Source of the DNA: Narcine bancroftii
Lineage: Eukaryota
NCBI RefSeq assembly: GCF_036971445.1
Contig: NC_091473.1
Location: forward strand, 182,962,001 to 183,026,000
Direction: 5' to 3'
Length of the DNA: 64,000 nt
The translations under genes were made by a program, and so were the position numbers. Below the pieces are notes generated by a model that had not been told where the DNA came from, made no database searches, and saw nothing but the letters and a program-made list of their open reading frames with translations. Below are positions 23,266 through 35,226 of the stretch, one piece after another (within the stretch, counting starts at the first letter, position 1; each line of letters opens with the position of its first letter).

Positions 23266-23980
23266 CAGCTCATTGAGTGGTGTCCCAACAACCGCCTTGT
23301 ACTCAACATCAGCAGAACCAAGGAGGTGATTATGGACTTCAGGAAGGGGATGTCAGGGGAACACAAACCAGTCCTCATCAAGGGGCCTGCAGTGGAGAAG
23401 GTCAAGAACTTCAATTTCCTGGGTTTCAACTACCCCAAGGATCAGTCCTGGGGCATCACATGCCATGTGATGCAACCACAAAGAAGGCCCGCCAGCAATT
23501 ATACTTCACGAGGAGTTTGACGAGATTTGGTGCGTCACCGAAGACACTTATAAATTTCTACAGGTGTATTTTGGAGAACATTTGGACTGGTTGCATCACT
23601 GATTGGTATGGAGGCACTAGGGACAGGAAAAGACTACAGAGAGTTATTAACTCAGCCAGTGACATCACAGATACCATCTACAAGAGGCAATTTCTCAAGG
23701 AAGCGGCCTCTATCCTCAAGGACCCCCGCCACCCAGGCTGTGCCCTCTTCATTCTGCTCCCATCAGGAAGGAGGTCCAGGAGCCTGAAGACGAGCAGCCA
23801 GCGGCACAAGGACAGCTTCTTCCCACCCCCGCCCCTCCCCCACACCACCGCCGTCAGATTCCTGAATGGACAATGAAGCCCAAACATTCTCTCACTTCCT
23901 CTTCTGATTTTTTAAAATGTAATTTATAGCAAAACAATGAATTTCATGTCGCTTGTTCATGACAATAAATTCTGATTCTG
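23265..23980 (+). mobile_element. Rex-Babar LINE 3' fragment
   Basis: AVEKVKNFNFLG, KARQQLYF..NFYRCILE..TGCITDWYG, ILKDPRHPG; tail AATAAATTCTGATTCTG. Confidence 0.8.
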
Positions 23981-24080
23981 GTTCGTGTTCTCCAGATGTT
24001 CTCTTCCTGAACTCCACAATCAGTTCTTGGTTTTTCAAACTTTGAGTGGCAGGTTGTTGTTGGGACACCACCCAATGAGC

Positions 24081-24325
24081 TGATTCTGATTTTGATTCTA
24101 TTTTGATTTTGTTTCTGATTTTGATATTGATTCTCATTTTATTTCTGATTTTGATTTTGATTTTGATTCTGATTCTGATATTGATTCTCATTTTATTTCT
24201 GATTTTGATTTTGATTCTGATTCTGATATTGATTCTCATTTTATTTCTGATTTTGATTTTGATTTTGATTTTGATTCTGATTCTGATGCTGATCCTGATC
24301 CTGATCCTGATCCTGATTTTGATTT
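24081..24325 (-). repeat. (GATTCT/GATTTT/GATCCT)n microsatellite, inverted relative to 23135-23265
   Basis: Direct read. Confidence 0.95.
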
Positions 24326-24454
24326 TGCTTTGCAGCAGCAGTATTGTCCAGGACAATGTGTGATAAGGATTGTAAATTACAATTCCACAAATACAAGGTT
24401 TTAAACATAAATAATTAATGCAAAAATGGGAGAAAATGAGGTAGCGTCTGTCTG

Positions 24455-24672
24455 TTATTAGACCTGGGGAACATTCTGAAAAAAATTACGGAAGTGGATT
24501 TTCCACAGGATCTCGAGTTGTACCTTCTGGGAAACATTGTGGATGCGAATTTTAAACTGTCCAGGCACCAAATTCAGTTTGTGAAGGTCGCCTTGTCGGC
24601 AGCCCGAAAGTGTACAGTGGTCACGTGGAAGTCGGACTCCCAGGTTAATATTGCACGATGGAATACAGAAAT
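24455..24672 (+). mobile_element. Old L1 ORF2 C-terminal fragment
   Basis: LYLLGNI..FVKVALSAARKCTVVTWKSDS..ARW. Confidence 0.65.
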
Positions 24673-26259
24673 AGAGCAGGGTTGTGCCAAGAGGGAATAT
24701 CCGTGGGCATTGCTCCTCCCACCAAATCAAGGTGCCTACAGTCACGGCCATCGCTCGCTTTCAGACCCCACCCGACCCACTCTGGCATCACTAACGTTGC
24801 GTCAAGTGTCACTCATGACTAGCTTGATGTACGCTAGCGACTCTCCACCCGCCCCCGTCCACGCCACTAGTGGGCGACAAGCGTCACTAGCGGCTAATGG
24901 CACTTGACAACAGAAAAGCGGCGGTCTCAGCACCTACATCAGAAGATGGTAACAACACCCCACCCTTCCCCACCCCCAGCTGAGCACCGGGCCCATGCAG
25001 GTATAATTCAACCCCTTCCGAATAAAGGAAAAGCAACAATCGGCGCCAGTTGTGGGACGATTGAGATCGGTGAAGCGGGTTGGGGCGCAGATGATGAGCT
25101 CATGCATTCCACCCCTTATCCTTTTTTTTAAAAAATTTCGGGTCACTTTGGGATTGGTCCCCTTCAGGGTTTGCGACTTTACCGATAATTAGAATTAGGT
25201 TCTTTGTACTTCTATAAACTTCTCCTTGTGGTCTCGGGGTACAGGAGGGAGGGGAGAGGGCAGTTGGGGGGGGGGGAGATATACTATCATTGAGAGAAAA
25301 TTGCGTTGATTGTACGAGTCTTTATTAAGCCCCGGCAAGGCGTTCCCACAACTCTCTGTGTTAAAATAAAACTCACCCCGAAAAGCTCCTCCCTTCACCT
25401 TAAACACTGGGCTGCCTCTCAGAATTGGAATTTTGTTATTGGCAAATTATTTGTTTTCAAGTTAAGTGTCCTTCTACAGTAACGCAATGTTTTAGGCGAA
25501 TGTAGTAATGGGAATTATGAGACCATTGAGAGAAGGAACTGAATCATGTGATTTCACAAGTCATCTTTTGGAGAAGGATTGAGCAGAAGCCTGCGGTGTA
25601 TTGTGAGTTTGTGTCTAGCTGGCGATGCTTTCACTTCCTGCTTCCCATGAGCCTGCCTGAGCTCTTCAGCTGCAAGTTGCCTGCAGGGGTAAGGGGGGAG
25701 GAGGTCCTTCAGCCGCTGAGGGCCCTGGCTAGCCCGCCGCTGTGGTCACCTCCTCTGCTTCTCCTTCTCAAACCGATTGGAGGGTGGTGGTGTGGGTGGT
25801 CACCCCACTTCTGGTGCCCTGCGTTGGTCCGCTGCCCCCCACCCCCAGAGTCGGCAACTCTTTGCTGCCCGGCACAGGCACTGCTGTCTCGGGCACAGGC
25901 CCCCACGGAGGCAGGATTTTAAGAAGAAAATAATACCATCGGCTCCTCGGACAGGCTGTTTCCAAAGCTAGTGTGGAGCCATTGGCGAGAATGCCCGGTG
26001 CTAGGACTCTGTGAAGCAGCACTGTGTCTCCACTCCCGGATCTCCTGGGTCCATGCCAGCGGAAGCAGCTCTGGTAGTGCCACCATTTTTATTTAGGTGA
26101 GGGAACAGATCTTAACACAGAGAAGAAACGAAAGTGCTGGAATCAAATGCAAAGACATAATGAAAGGTCCCAACTAATCGTTTCAACCATGTGTGCTGAT
26201 CTGAGTGCGCCTGGTCTGCTCAATGCGAGAATGAGGTGGCAATTGTTGAAAGGCATGGA

Positions 26260-27820
26260 CAAGGGGAATCAAATATAAGAGCAGGGACATGATGCTGGGG
26301 CTTTATAAGGCCCTGGTGAGACCTCATGTGAGCAGTTTTGGGCTCCTCATTGGAGAAAGGATGTCCTGATGTTGGAGAGGGTTCAGAGGAGGTTCACAAG
26401 GACAATTCCAGGAATGAAAGGGTTATCATAACGAGGAGTGCTTGACCTGTCGTCATTGGAATTTAGGAGAATGAGGGCAGAATTTCATTGAAACTTTTCG
26501 AACGTTGAAAGGCGTGGACAGAGTAGACACAGAAAGGTTGTTCCCCCATGGTGGGAGAGTCCAGGACAAAAGGGGCACAACTTCAGGATCGAAGGGCATC
26601 CACTTAGAACAGAGACATGGAGGAATGTCTTTGGCCAGAGGGTGGTGTATCTGTGGACTTTGTTGCCACAGGCGGTTGTAGAGGTCGGGTCATCGATAGA
26701 TTGACGGGTTCTTGATGAGCTGGGACATCAAGGGTTATGGGGGGGGGAAAGGGCGGGCAGCGGGGCTGAGTGGGAGAATGGATCAGCTCACGGTTGACTG
26801 GCTGAATGGCCTCTTTCTGCTTCTCTGTCTTATGGTCTTAACAGAAATGATTCCCCTTTATCCAGAACGAATCTTTGTTCAGAGCAAGGATCTCCCAGTT
26901 GCCAACCCATTCCACGTCCTATTTCCTTGCCGGTTTGTGGTCTCACGCACTGCCAGACTGAGACCTCCTGCTCATCTTCTGTCTGGGGCACCCCTCACCG
27001 ACTGGTATTAACATCTGTTAGTTCCCCCCACCCCACCACCATTCTTTCCCTATGTCATCTTTCCCCCTGCTCTGTCTGTCTCCCTCTCTTTCTCTCTTCC
27101 CTTTTCCATCTGTTTCCTTTCATAGAGTCATAAACAGCCTCACTCCTTCCCCCAATCCATTGTCACCTTTCCTGCATGCACCATTGGCACCGGGGTCGGG
27201 CAGTAAGACCCTTCAGAGAGCACAGTGTCAGCATTGTACAGAATTGAGTGCCGGAGTTGGGATGTTATGGTGAAGTTGTAAAGGACATTGGTGAGGCCAA
27301 ATTTGGAGCATTGTATGCAGTTTTGGTCACTGAACAGGAAATATATTGATACAACTGAAAGAGGGCAGGGACGATTTACTGGGATGTTGTCCGGACTTCA
27401 GGCACTGAGTCATAGGGGAAGATTATACAGGTTAGGACTTCGTTCCCTGGAGCGTAGAAGAATGAGGGAAATTACAAGGGGGATAGAAAGAGTAAATGTA
27501 GACAGGCTTTTCCTACTGAGGGGAGGTGAAATACAAACCAGGGGACATGAGTCAGGGTGAAAAGGGAAAATTTTAGGGGGAATATGAGAGGGATCTTCAC
27601 AGAGTGTGGGGAGTGTGGAACCAGCTGAGGTGGTGAATGCGGGATCAATTTTAACGTTGGAGTATTGCTTTCAGTTCAGTTCACATCATTCCAGGAAGGA
27701 TGTGGAGGCTGTGGAGAGGGGGCAGAGGAGATTTTAACCAGGGTGTCACCTGGATTGGAGATCGTGTCTCATGAGGCAAAGTTCGTAGAGCTGGGACTTT
27801 TCTCTTTGGAGCAAAGAACC
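26260..27820 (+). mobile_element. CR1 fragments with an interleaved Penelope remnant (26880-27020)
   Basis: VRPNLEHCMQFWSL..RRRMR remnants; DLPVANPF GIY-YIG remnant. Confidence 0.75.
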
Positions 27821-27894
27821 TCCACATGTTGAAAAAGGGCTCAGGCCCAAAACATCATTTATATCTTTACATCCTGGAACAGAGGGATCCCCAG

Positions 27895-28967
27895 GAATAC
27901 AATAGACAATAGACAATAGACAATAGGAGCTGGAGTAGGCCCTTCGGCCTGTCGAGCCAGCACCGCCATTTTACAGATCATGGCTGATCACTACCATCAG
28001 TACCCCTTTCCAGCCTTATCCCCATAACCCTTAACTCTTTTGCCCACTAGAGTCTTATCTAACTCTCTTTTGAACATAATCAGCGAATCTGCCTCTACCA
28101 CCCTCTGTGGCAGAGCATTCCACAGATTCACACTTCTCTGGGTAAAAAAATGTTTTCTCATCTCCGTCCTAAAGGGCCTACCCTGTATTCTTAAACTATG
28201 CCCTCTAGTCCTCGTCTCCCCCATCATTGGGAACAAGTAATCCGACTTCACCCTGTCTATCCCCCTGATGATTTTATATACCTCAATCATGTCCCCCCTC
28301 ATCCTTCTAAACTCCATCGGATACAAGTCCAGTTTTTCTAGCCTTTCAGCATATGTCAACCCCGCAATCCCTGGAACTAACCTTGTAAATCTGCGCTGCA
28401 CACCCTCTATAGCTAGTATGTCCTTCCTCAAAATTGGAGACCAGAACTGGACGCAATACTCCAGGTGGGGTCTCACCAGGGCCCTGTACAACTGCAGAAG
28501 GGCGTCTCTGTTCCAATACTCCAATCCCCTCTTTATGAAAGCCAACATGCTTTCTTCACAGCTTTCTGAACCTGCATGCTAGTCTTCAGTGACCGGTGAA
28601 CAAGTACTCCCAGATCCATTTGCTCCTCCCCACTCCCTAGCTTGTCTCCATTTAAATAATACTCAGCTTTCCTATTATTGCCCCCAAAATGGATAACCTC
28701 ATATTTGCTTACATTGAACGTCATCTTCCATTCAGCAGCCCACTCCCCCAACCTGTCCAAGTCCCTCTGCATTTTCCTGACATCCTCCTCACACCCCACA
28801 CCGCCACCCAGTTTCGTGTCATCTGCAAATTTGCTCAAATTATTAATAATCCCCTCATCCAAATCATTTACATAAATTACAAATAACTGAGGACCCAATA
28901 CCGATCCCTGCGGCACTCCACTTGTCACATCCTGCCATCCTGAAAAAGACCCGCTTACCCCAACCCT
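27895..28967 (-). mobile_element. Young 5'-truncated CR1 LINE (one frameshift near 28545)
   Basis: ORFs 28533..28928 (SGVPQGSVLGP..KFADDTKL) and 27997..28548 (LVRPHLEYCVQFWSP..FFTQR), 3'UTR and (TCTATTG)n tail at 27901-27924. Confidence 0.93.
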
Positions 28968-28974
28968 TTGTTTC

Positions 28975-31690
28975 CTATACAGAATTCCCTGAAAGTGGCA
29001 TCACAGGTGGATAGGGTTGTAATGAGAGCTTTTGGCACATTGGCCTTCATAAATCAGTCCAGGAGTTGGGATGTGATGGTAAAGTTGTATCAGACATTGG
29101 CGAGATCAAGTTTGGAGCATTGTGTGCAGTTTTGGTCACTGAACTACAGGAAAGATATCAATAAGATAGAAAGAGGGTAGAGAAGATTGTTGCCCAGATC
29201 AGGAACTGAGTTACAAGGGAAGATTAAACAGGTCAGGACTTTATTCCCTGGAGCGTAGAAGAATGAGGGGAGATTTAATCAACGTATTGAAGATTATGAG
29301 GGGGAGAGACAGTCAAGGGACTCCCCCCAGGTTGCCATCTACTGGAGACCAGCTGGAGATTGGATGAAGAAGTACTGGGTATTGGAAAGGGCACCGGGAT
29401 GGTATCGGAGGTTTAGATCTCGGGCGACCGATGGTTTGGACTGGGCTCTGCGGGAGCCGTGGGAGGCGATTCCACAGACTCTCGGGGACTCTGTTTTGCT
29501 TCTCTTTCTCTGACTAAGAGGCACCGCAGGCAATTTTGGCCAATGGCGAATCTGTCTCCCAATGGCAGACCAAGGCAATTTTGTGTAATGTGACACTGTT
29601 TTTATTACATGTCAATAAATTGAATTTTGAGTCTTTAAATGACCAAGCAATCAGTGTAGTGAAATTGCACAACAGAAATGTTCCAAATACTTCTTTCCAA
29701 ATCAGCCTTATCTCTGCAACAGCGTTGCAGTAAGAATTAATGTTTCAAGATTCTTTTATTGTCATGCGATAAAACAGAAAATGTGAAATTACATGAGATT
29801 TCCTTTAGTCTACCTGAAGGCAGACAGATTCCCCATCAGGAGAAATTGCCCGGTTCCTCTTACAGTCAGAAGGAAAAGAGAGTTCCCCAGAGGCATTGAG
29901 GGCCCATGGATAAGCCTCCAGTACGTCCCTCAGTCTCCACAGCCACACAGACTCTTGTTCAATCTGCCGGCCACGCGAGCTCCGGATCCGAACCTCCAGC
30001 ATGATCGGGAGACCTTCAGCGCCCTCGGCTCACTCTCATGTCCCGGTTCCAATACCTGCCACCCCTTTCAGCCAGGCTCGAGGCAGTCGCCAGCAGCCTG
30101 CCTGGGTCCCTCGCCTCGAGTCGCCAACAACCTGCTGCTCATGTGCTCTTCAGCTGCGCTAGTCCGCCGCTGCGGTCACTGTCCCGTGGAGCATCTCCTC
30201 CAACCAGGGTTGGGGTGGGGGGAAAACTCAACATTTTCTGGCACCTTGCAGCAGTCCCCTGCTTCCCCGGAGTCTGACACCCACTCCCTCCCCCCCCCCC
30301 CCCCCCTCCCACTGCTGGAGCGGCTACTGAACACAGGCAGCATCCTGGAACCAGACTCCCTCAATGGCAGGATTTTAAAATAAGCCACTATCATTGAAAG
30401 TGAGACATCGGAAGTGAGACAGAGCAGTAGGACCTTGTAGAGCAGTGCTGTGCCTCTGCTCCCTGCTCTCCCTGGGTCCAAACGGGCAAGGCCATCGGCC
30501 GCCATCATGTTCGCCTTCAGGAGCTCTACCGAGAGCGTCCTGGTCGGCTGCATCACAGTGCTGGACGGTCGCGGCAGAGAAATGGATTGGAGGTCAATCC
30601 ACAGGACCATGTGAGCAGCAGAGAGGATCGCTGGGGTCTCCCTCCCCCCTCCCATCAACGTGATCTACTGGGACAGTCGTCTGAAGAGGCCACGAGAAAT
30701 CATCAAGGACCCCCTTACACTCCGCACATGGCATCTTTCCCATCGGGGGGAAGAGATCCAGGAGGATCAGAGCCAGCACCACCAGGCTGAGGAACAGCTT
30801 CTTCCCACAGGCAGTAAGAACGCTGAACAACTACTGACACAAACGCTCTGAGACTCTCATGTTTATTTTTAATACATTCTGTGTTCTGTCTGAGTGTGTT
30901 TGCACCAAGGACCAAAGAACTCTGTTTTGTTGGGTTGTACTGGTACGATCGGATGATACATAAGCTCGAACTTGAACTTGCTCTACATCTTGCAGAAGTA
31001 ACCAAACCAATGCTTTCCACTGGATCCAAGCGATCATTCATCTGGAAAACAATGCATAATCACACAAATCTCAGAGCCGAAATAGGCCCATCAAGCTTGC
31101 CCCGCCATTCTAATCATGAGCTGGTCCATCCTCCCACTCAGCCCCACTCCCCAGCCTTCTCCCCTGTCAATCAAGTACCTGTCCATCTCTGCCTTATATA
31201 TACTCAATAACCTTGCATCCACAGCTGCCCGTGGCAACAAATTCCACAGACCTTCTGGCTAAAAAAAAATGTCTCCACATCTGCGTTTTAAATTGACGCC
31301 CTTTTACCCTGAAGTTGTGCCCTCTTGTCCTGGACTCCCCGACCATGGGGAAACATCCTGACCACATTGACTCTGTCCAGGCCTTTCCACATTTGAAATG
31401 TCTCTACGAGGTCCCCCCTCGTCCTTCTGTAACCCCATCGAGTTCAGTCCAAGAGCCGACCATCATCCCTCATATACTAACCCTTTCATTCCTGGTATCG
31501 TTCAAGTAAACCTTCTCTGAACTTCTCCAATGCCAGCACGTCCTTTCTCAAACACGGCGCCCAAAACCTGTACCCTGTCTCCAAGTGAGGTCACACCAGT
31601 GCTCTGTAGGGTCTCAATGTCACGTCCCTGCTCTTGTAAGCTCCTCTAGAAATGAATGCCAACACTGCCCCACTGACCCAACCCAGAGGG
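28975..31690. mobile_element. Mixed CR1 (28975-29310 +, 31070-31690 -) and Rex-Babar (30440-30980 +) fragments
   Basis: Translated remnants LYQTLARSSLEHCVQFWSL, IIKDP and RLRNSFFP. Confidence 0.7.
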
Positions 31691-31695
31691 TCACC

Positions 31696-32582
31696 TATGT
31701 GCAAAACATTCAATAATACAGTTTAAAGTTGTTCATAGAGCTCATATGTCTAAAGATAAACTCCATCGCTTTTATTCTCATATCGATCCTATATGTGATA
31801 AATGTCAATTGGAAATAGCTTCCCTTACACATATGTTTTGGCCCTGTCCCTCTTTACAGAATTATTGGAAGGAAATTTTTTCCATTATATCTACTGTTTT
31901 GAATATTGATTTACAACCACATCCCATTACTGCAATTTTTGGATTACCTATGATAGATTTGACTTATTTATCTCTTCCTGCGGATCGTATGATTGCTTTT
32001 CTTACACTAATGGCTAGAAGATCTATACTATTGAATTGGAAAGAGGTTAATCCTCCCACTGTTTTCCAATGGTTTACCCAAACTATACTATGTTTAAATT
32101 TAGAGAAAATTAGAAACTCTGTCTATGAATCCCCTTCTAAGTTTGAGTTAACCTGGCGACCATTTATTCAATATTTTCATTTGTGGTGAGTTGATCTGGC
32201 TCTGTTTTCTTTCTATGATTATGTATGATAATTGGGCTGTAAGATGAGATCGGAGTGATCGGCGTGGTTTAGCTATATCTGTAGGTTTTTTTTAAAGTTT
32301 TTTTTAAGTTTTTTTTAATTCAGATTTGTTTTTTCTTCTTTTTGGGGTTTTTTTTTCGCTTTTTTCATATATTGTTATTAATTATATCTTTTTTTTTAGA
32401 GATAGTTCACACCCTAAACTGATCAAAAAAATTTTTTTATGATATATTTTTATTCTGTAATATTATTGTTTAATATCTCTGTATTAATTCATTACTTACT
32501 ATGTATTTTTTATATCTCTTTGAACTGTATGTGTTTATAAATTATAATAATAATAAAAAGATTGAAAAAGAAAAAAAAAGAA
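31696..32582 (+). mobile_element. 5'-truncated L1 3' end (ORF2 zinc knuckle, T-rich 3'UTR, polyA)
   Basis: IQFKVVHRAHMS..CDKC..ASLTHMFWPC..ARRSILLNWK..TWRPF; stop at 32189; AATAAA then an A-tail at about 32550-32580. Confidence 0.92.
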
Positions 32583-33670
32583 GAAATATCTCTTTTTTTT
32601 TATATGTTATTTTTTGTAATTTTATTTAGTATCTGATTTAATTCTTCCCAAAACGTATTCACTTTTGTTCATACCCAAGTTGCATTTAACGTTGTTCCCA
32701 TTTCCTTCTTACAGTGAAAACATCTATCCGATGATGTTGAATCTCATTTTTTTTAATTTCTGAGGAGTGATATATACCCTGTGTAACCAATTATACTGTA
32801 TCATGTGTAACCTTGTGTTTATTGTATTCTTCATAGCTCCAGAACATGACTTTTCCCATACTTCATTTTTTATCTTTCTGTTTAGATCCTTTTCCAACTT
32901 CTGCTTAGGTTTGTAGTTTATTTCATTTTCCTTATCTTGCAGCTTAATGTACATGTTGGTTATAAATCTTTCAATTATCATTGTGTCTGTAATCATGTAT
33001 TCAAAGCTGCTTCCTTCAGGTCATCTAAGACTGTTTCCCAATTTATCCTTTAAATAAGCTTTCAATTGGTGATATGCAAACATTGAACCATGAGTTATTC
33101 CATATTTATACTTCAACTGTTCAAATGTTAATAAATTATTTCCCAAAAAAACAGTTTTCTATTCTTTTAATTCCTTTTCTCTCCCATTCTCTAAAGGAAA
33201 GGTTGTCTACTGTAACAGGGATTAGTGGATTTTGCGTCAATAATAATTTTGGTATTTGATAATTCATTTTTTTCCTTTCTAAGTGGATCTTCTTCCACAT
33301 ATTAAGTAAATGATGCACTACTGGTGAGTTTTTATATTGCACCAGCTTTTCATCCCACTTAAGTATATGTTCCGGTATTTTCCCCTATTTTATCTATCTC
33401 TATCTTAGACCAGTCTGGTAAAAATCTGATAAATATCTTAATTGTGCAGTTCTGTAATAATTTCTAAAATTTGGTAACTGAAAACCACCTTGATTATACC
33501 TCTCTGCAAATTTATCTAATGCTAACCTTGGATTCCTCTCTTTCCACAAGAATTTCCTTATTATTCTGTTTAATTCCTTAAAGAATTTTTCTGTTAAAAG
33601 AATAGGTAACGTTTTAAATAAGTATTGTATCCTTGGGAACACATTCATTTTAATGTAGTTTACCTCCCGG
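32583..33670 (-). mobile_element. Degraded L1 ORF2 C-terminal fragment, tail-to-tail with the previous L1
   Basis: IKMNVFPRIQYLF..GGFQLPNFRNYY and IQYNWLHRVYITPQKL, with several stops and frameshifts. Confidence 0.88.
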
Positions 33671-34149
33671 AGGGTCACCTTCAGGCTATCCTACACCTTG
33701 GATCTAAATAAGAGTCATTCCTTCTATTTCTTTTACCAAAGCGCGTGACTGGACACTTTCCAGTTTTTAATGTCCATGTCACCAACATCCGAGGTTCCAA
33801 ATCTTTCGATACTGGTGTGAGCTCAAGAACTTGTGCTGCCTCTTCTTCCCTCCCTTCCCCCCCCCACCCCCACCCCTGGCCTTTGTATTCAGGCACCGCC
33901 TGTTTTTGTGCTCATACCTTGGCGAAAGGTCTCAGGCTGGAAACGTTGGTTGTACATCTGTACCCACTTGCGGACGCAGTCTGACCTGCCGAGCCCCTCC
34001 AGCACTTTTGCAATTCTGCTATAACTCCAGCGTCTGCAGAGTTTCTGGTTTGGCTCCAAGAGGATTGGGAAATTGGTTTGGAGCACCCCCCCCCCCCCCC
34101 CCACTCACCCAGAACCAGAAGGTTGAGTCAAGGGTTCATACTTAACCAT

Positions 34150-34770
34150 GCAGAGGAACAGAGGGACTTTGGGATCCAAGCACATGGATCTCAAGGTCGC
34201 CGCATAGGTTGATAGGACGGTTAAGAAGGCCTCTGGGTCGCGAGCCACATTAGTCGAAGGGGATTGAGTTCAGGTCACGTTGGAAATCTACCGATCTCTG
34301 GTGAGACCGCACTTGGAGTATTTGTGTTCGGTTCTGGTCACCTCATTACAGGAAGGATGGGGAAGCCATGGAGAGGGGGGCAGAGGAAATTGACCGGGAG
34401 GTATCCCAGATTGGAAATTAGACAAATTTATCAGAGCTGGGACTTTTCTCTTTGGAGGGTTGCAGGACGAGAGGCATGGATAGGGTATTCAGCCGGGAGC
34501 AGCAAACACCAGGGGCCGTCTGCACAAAGTGAAGCGAGGGAAATTTGGAGGAGACAACAGGGTGTTTTTTTTATACACGGGGAGTTGTGGGGGCCTGGGT
34601 TGGGTTGCTGGGGGTGGTGGTGGAGGCTGGAACATTAGGGGGCATTTAAGAGTCTCTTAGGTACACAGATGGAAGAAAAATCGAATGACGAGGTAGAGAG
34701 GGTTTCGCTTTTTGGGGGTGGCACAGCATCGAGGGCCAAAGGGCCTGTACTGTGCTGTAATGTTCCACCA
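34150..34770 (+). mobile_element. CR1 3' fragment (others at 35440-35785 +, 36080-36990 mixed, 37670-38040 +)
   Basis: ctggtgagaccgcacttggagta and CR1 3'UTR motifs. Confidence 0.75.
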
Positions 34771-35226
34771 TCTGTTGGTTCAACGTCTCCCTCCACAACC
34801 CCCCCCTGCCCCTCAGTACATCCTTCTGTGCGCCGGAGGGTATTGTCCACAAGGGCTCAGCTCGGTACAAGTGCCAGCTTGGGACAACTCCCTTGAAAGG
34901 AGCATACCCGAACTGGAAGGATTCTCAGAAACCCTGTGAGTGAGCACTTCCAAAACATTGGCTGATTAACCATTCGGCTGAGTGGGCTTAAGCCTGAGGG
35001 CCCGGTAGGGAGAGATGAGGGATGGGGGTTGCTGAGAGTAGCAACAAAATAATTAAATTTATTTAATTGAGCGTACACAGGATATTTGCATAGACTTTTT
35101 TTCATATCTGGAATATTGAAAATATTATATAGTTTTCTAAATTAGGTCCCAAATGTATAAGCATCTAGAAGTAATGCTTTTGGGACGTCGTACTGCAGCC
35201 GCAAGATTGTGTTTACCGTGACGACA

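Noticed and set aside
23014-24363. Poly-IL and poly-IR/IK ORFs that look like transmembrane or basic proteins
   Set aside because: They are translations of hexamer microsatellites.
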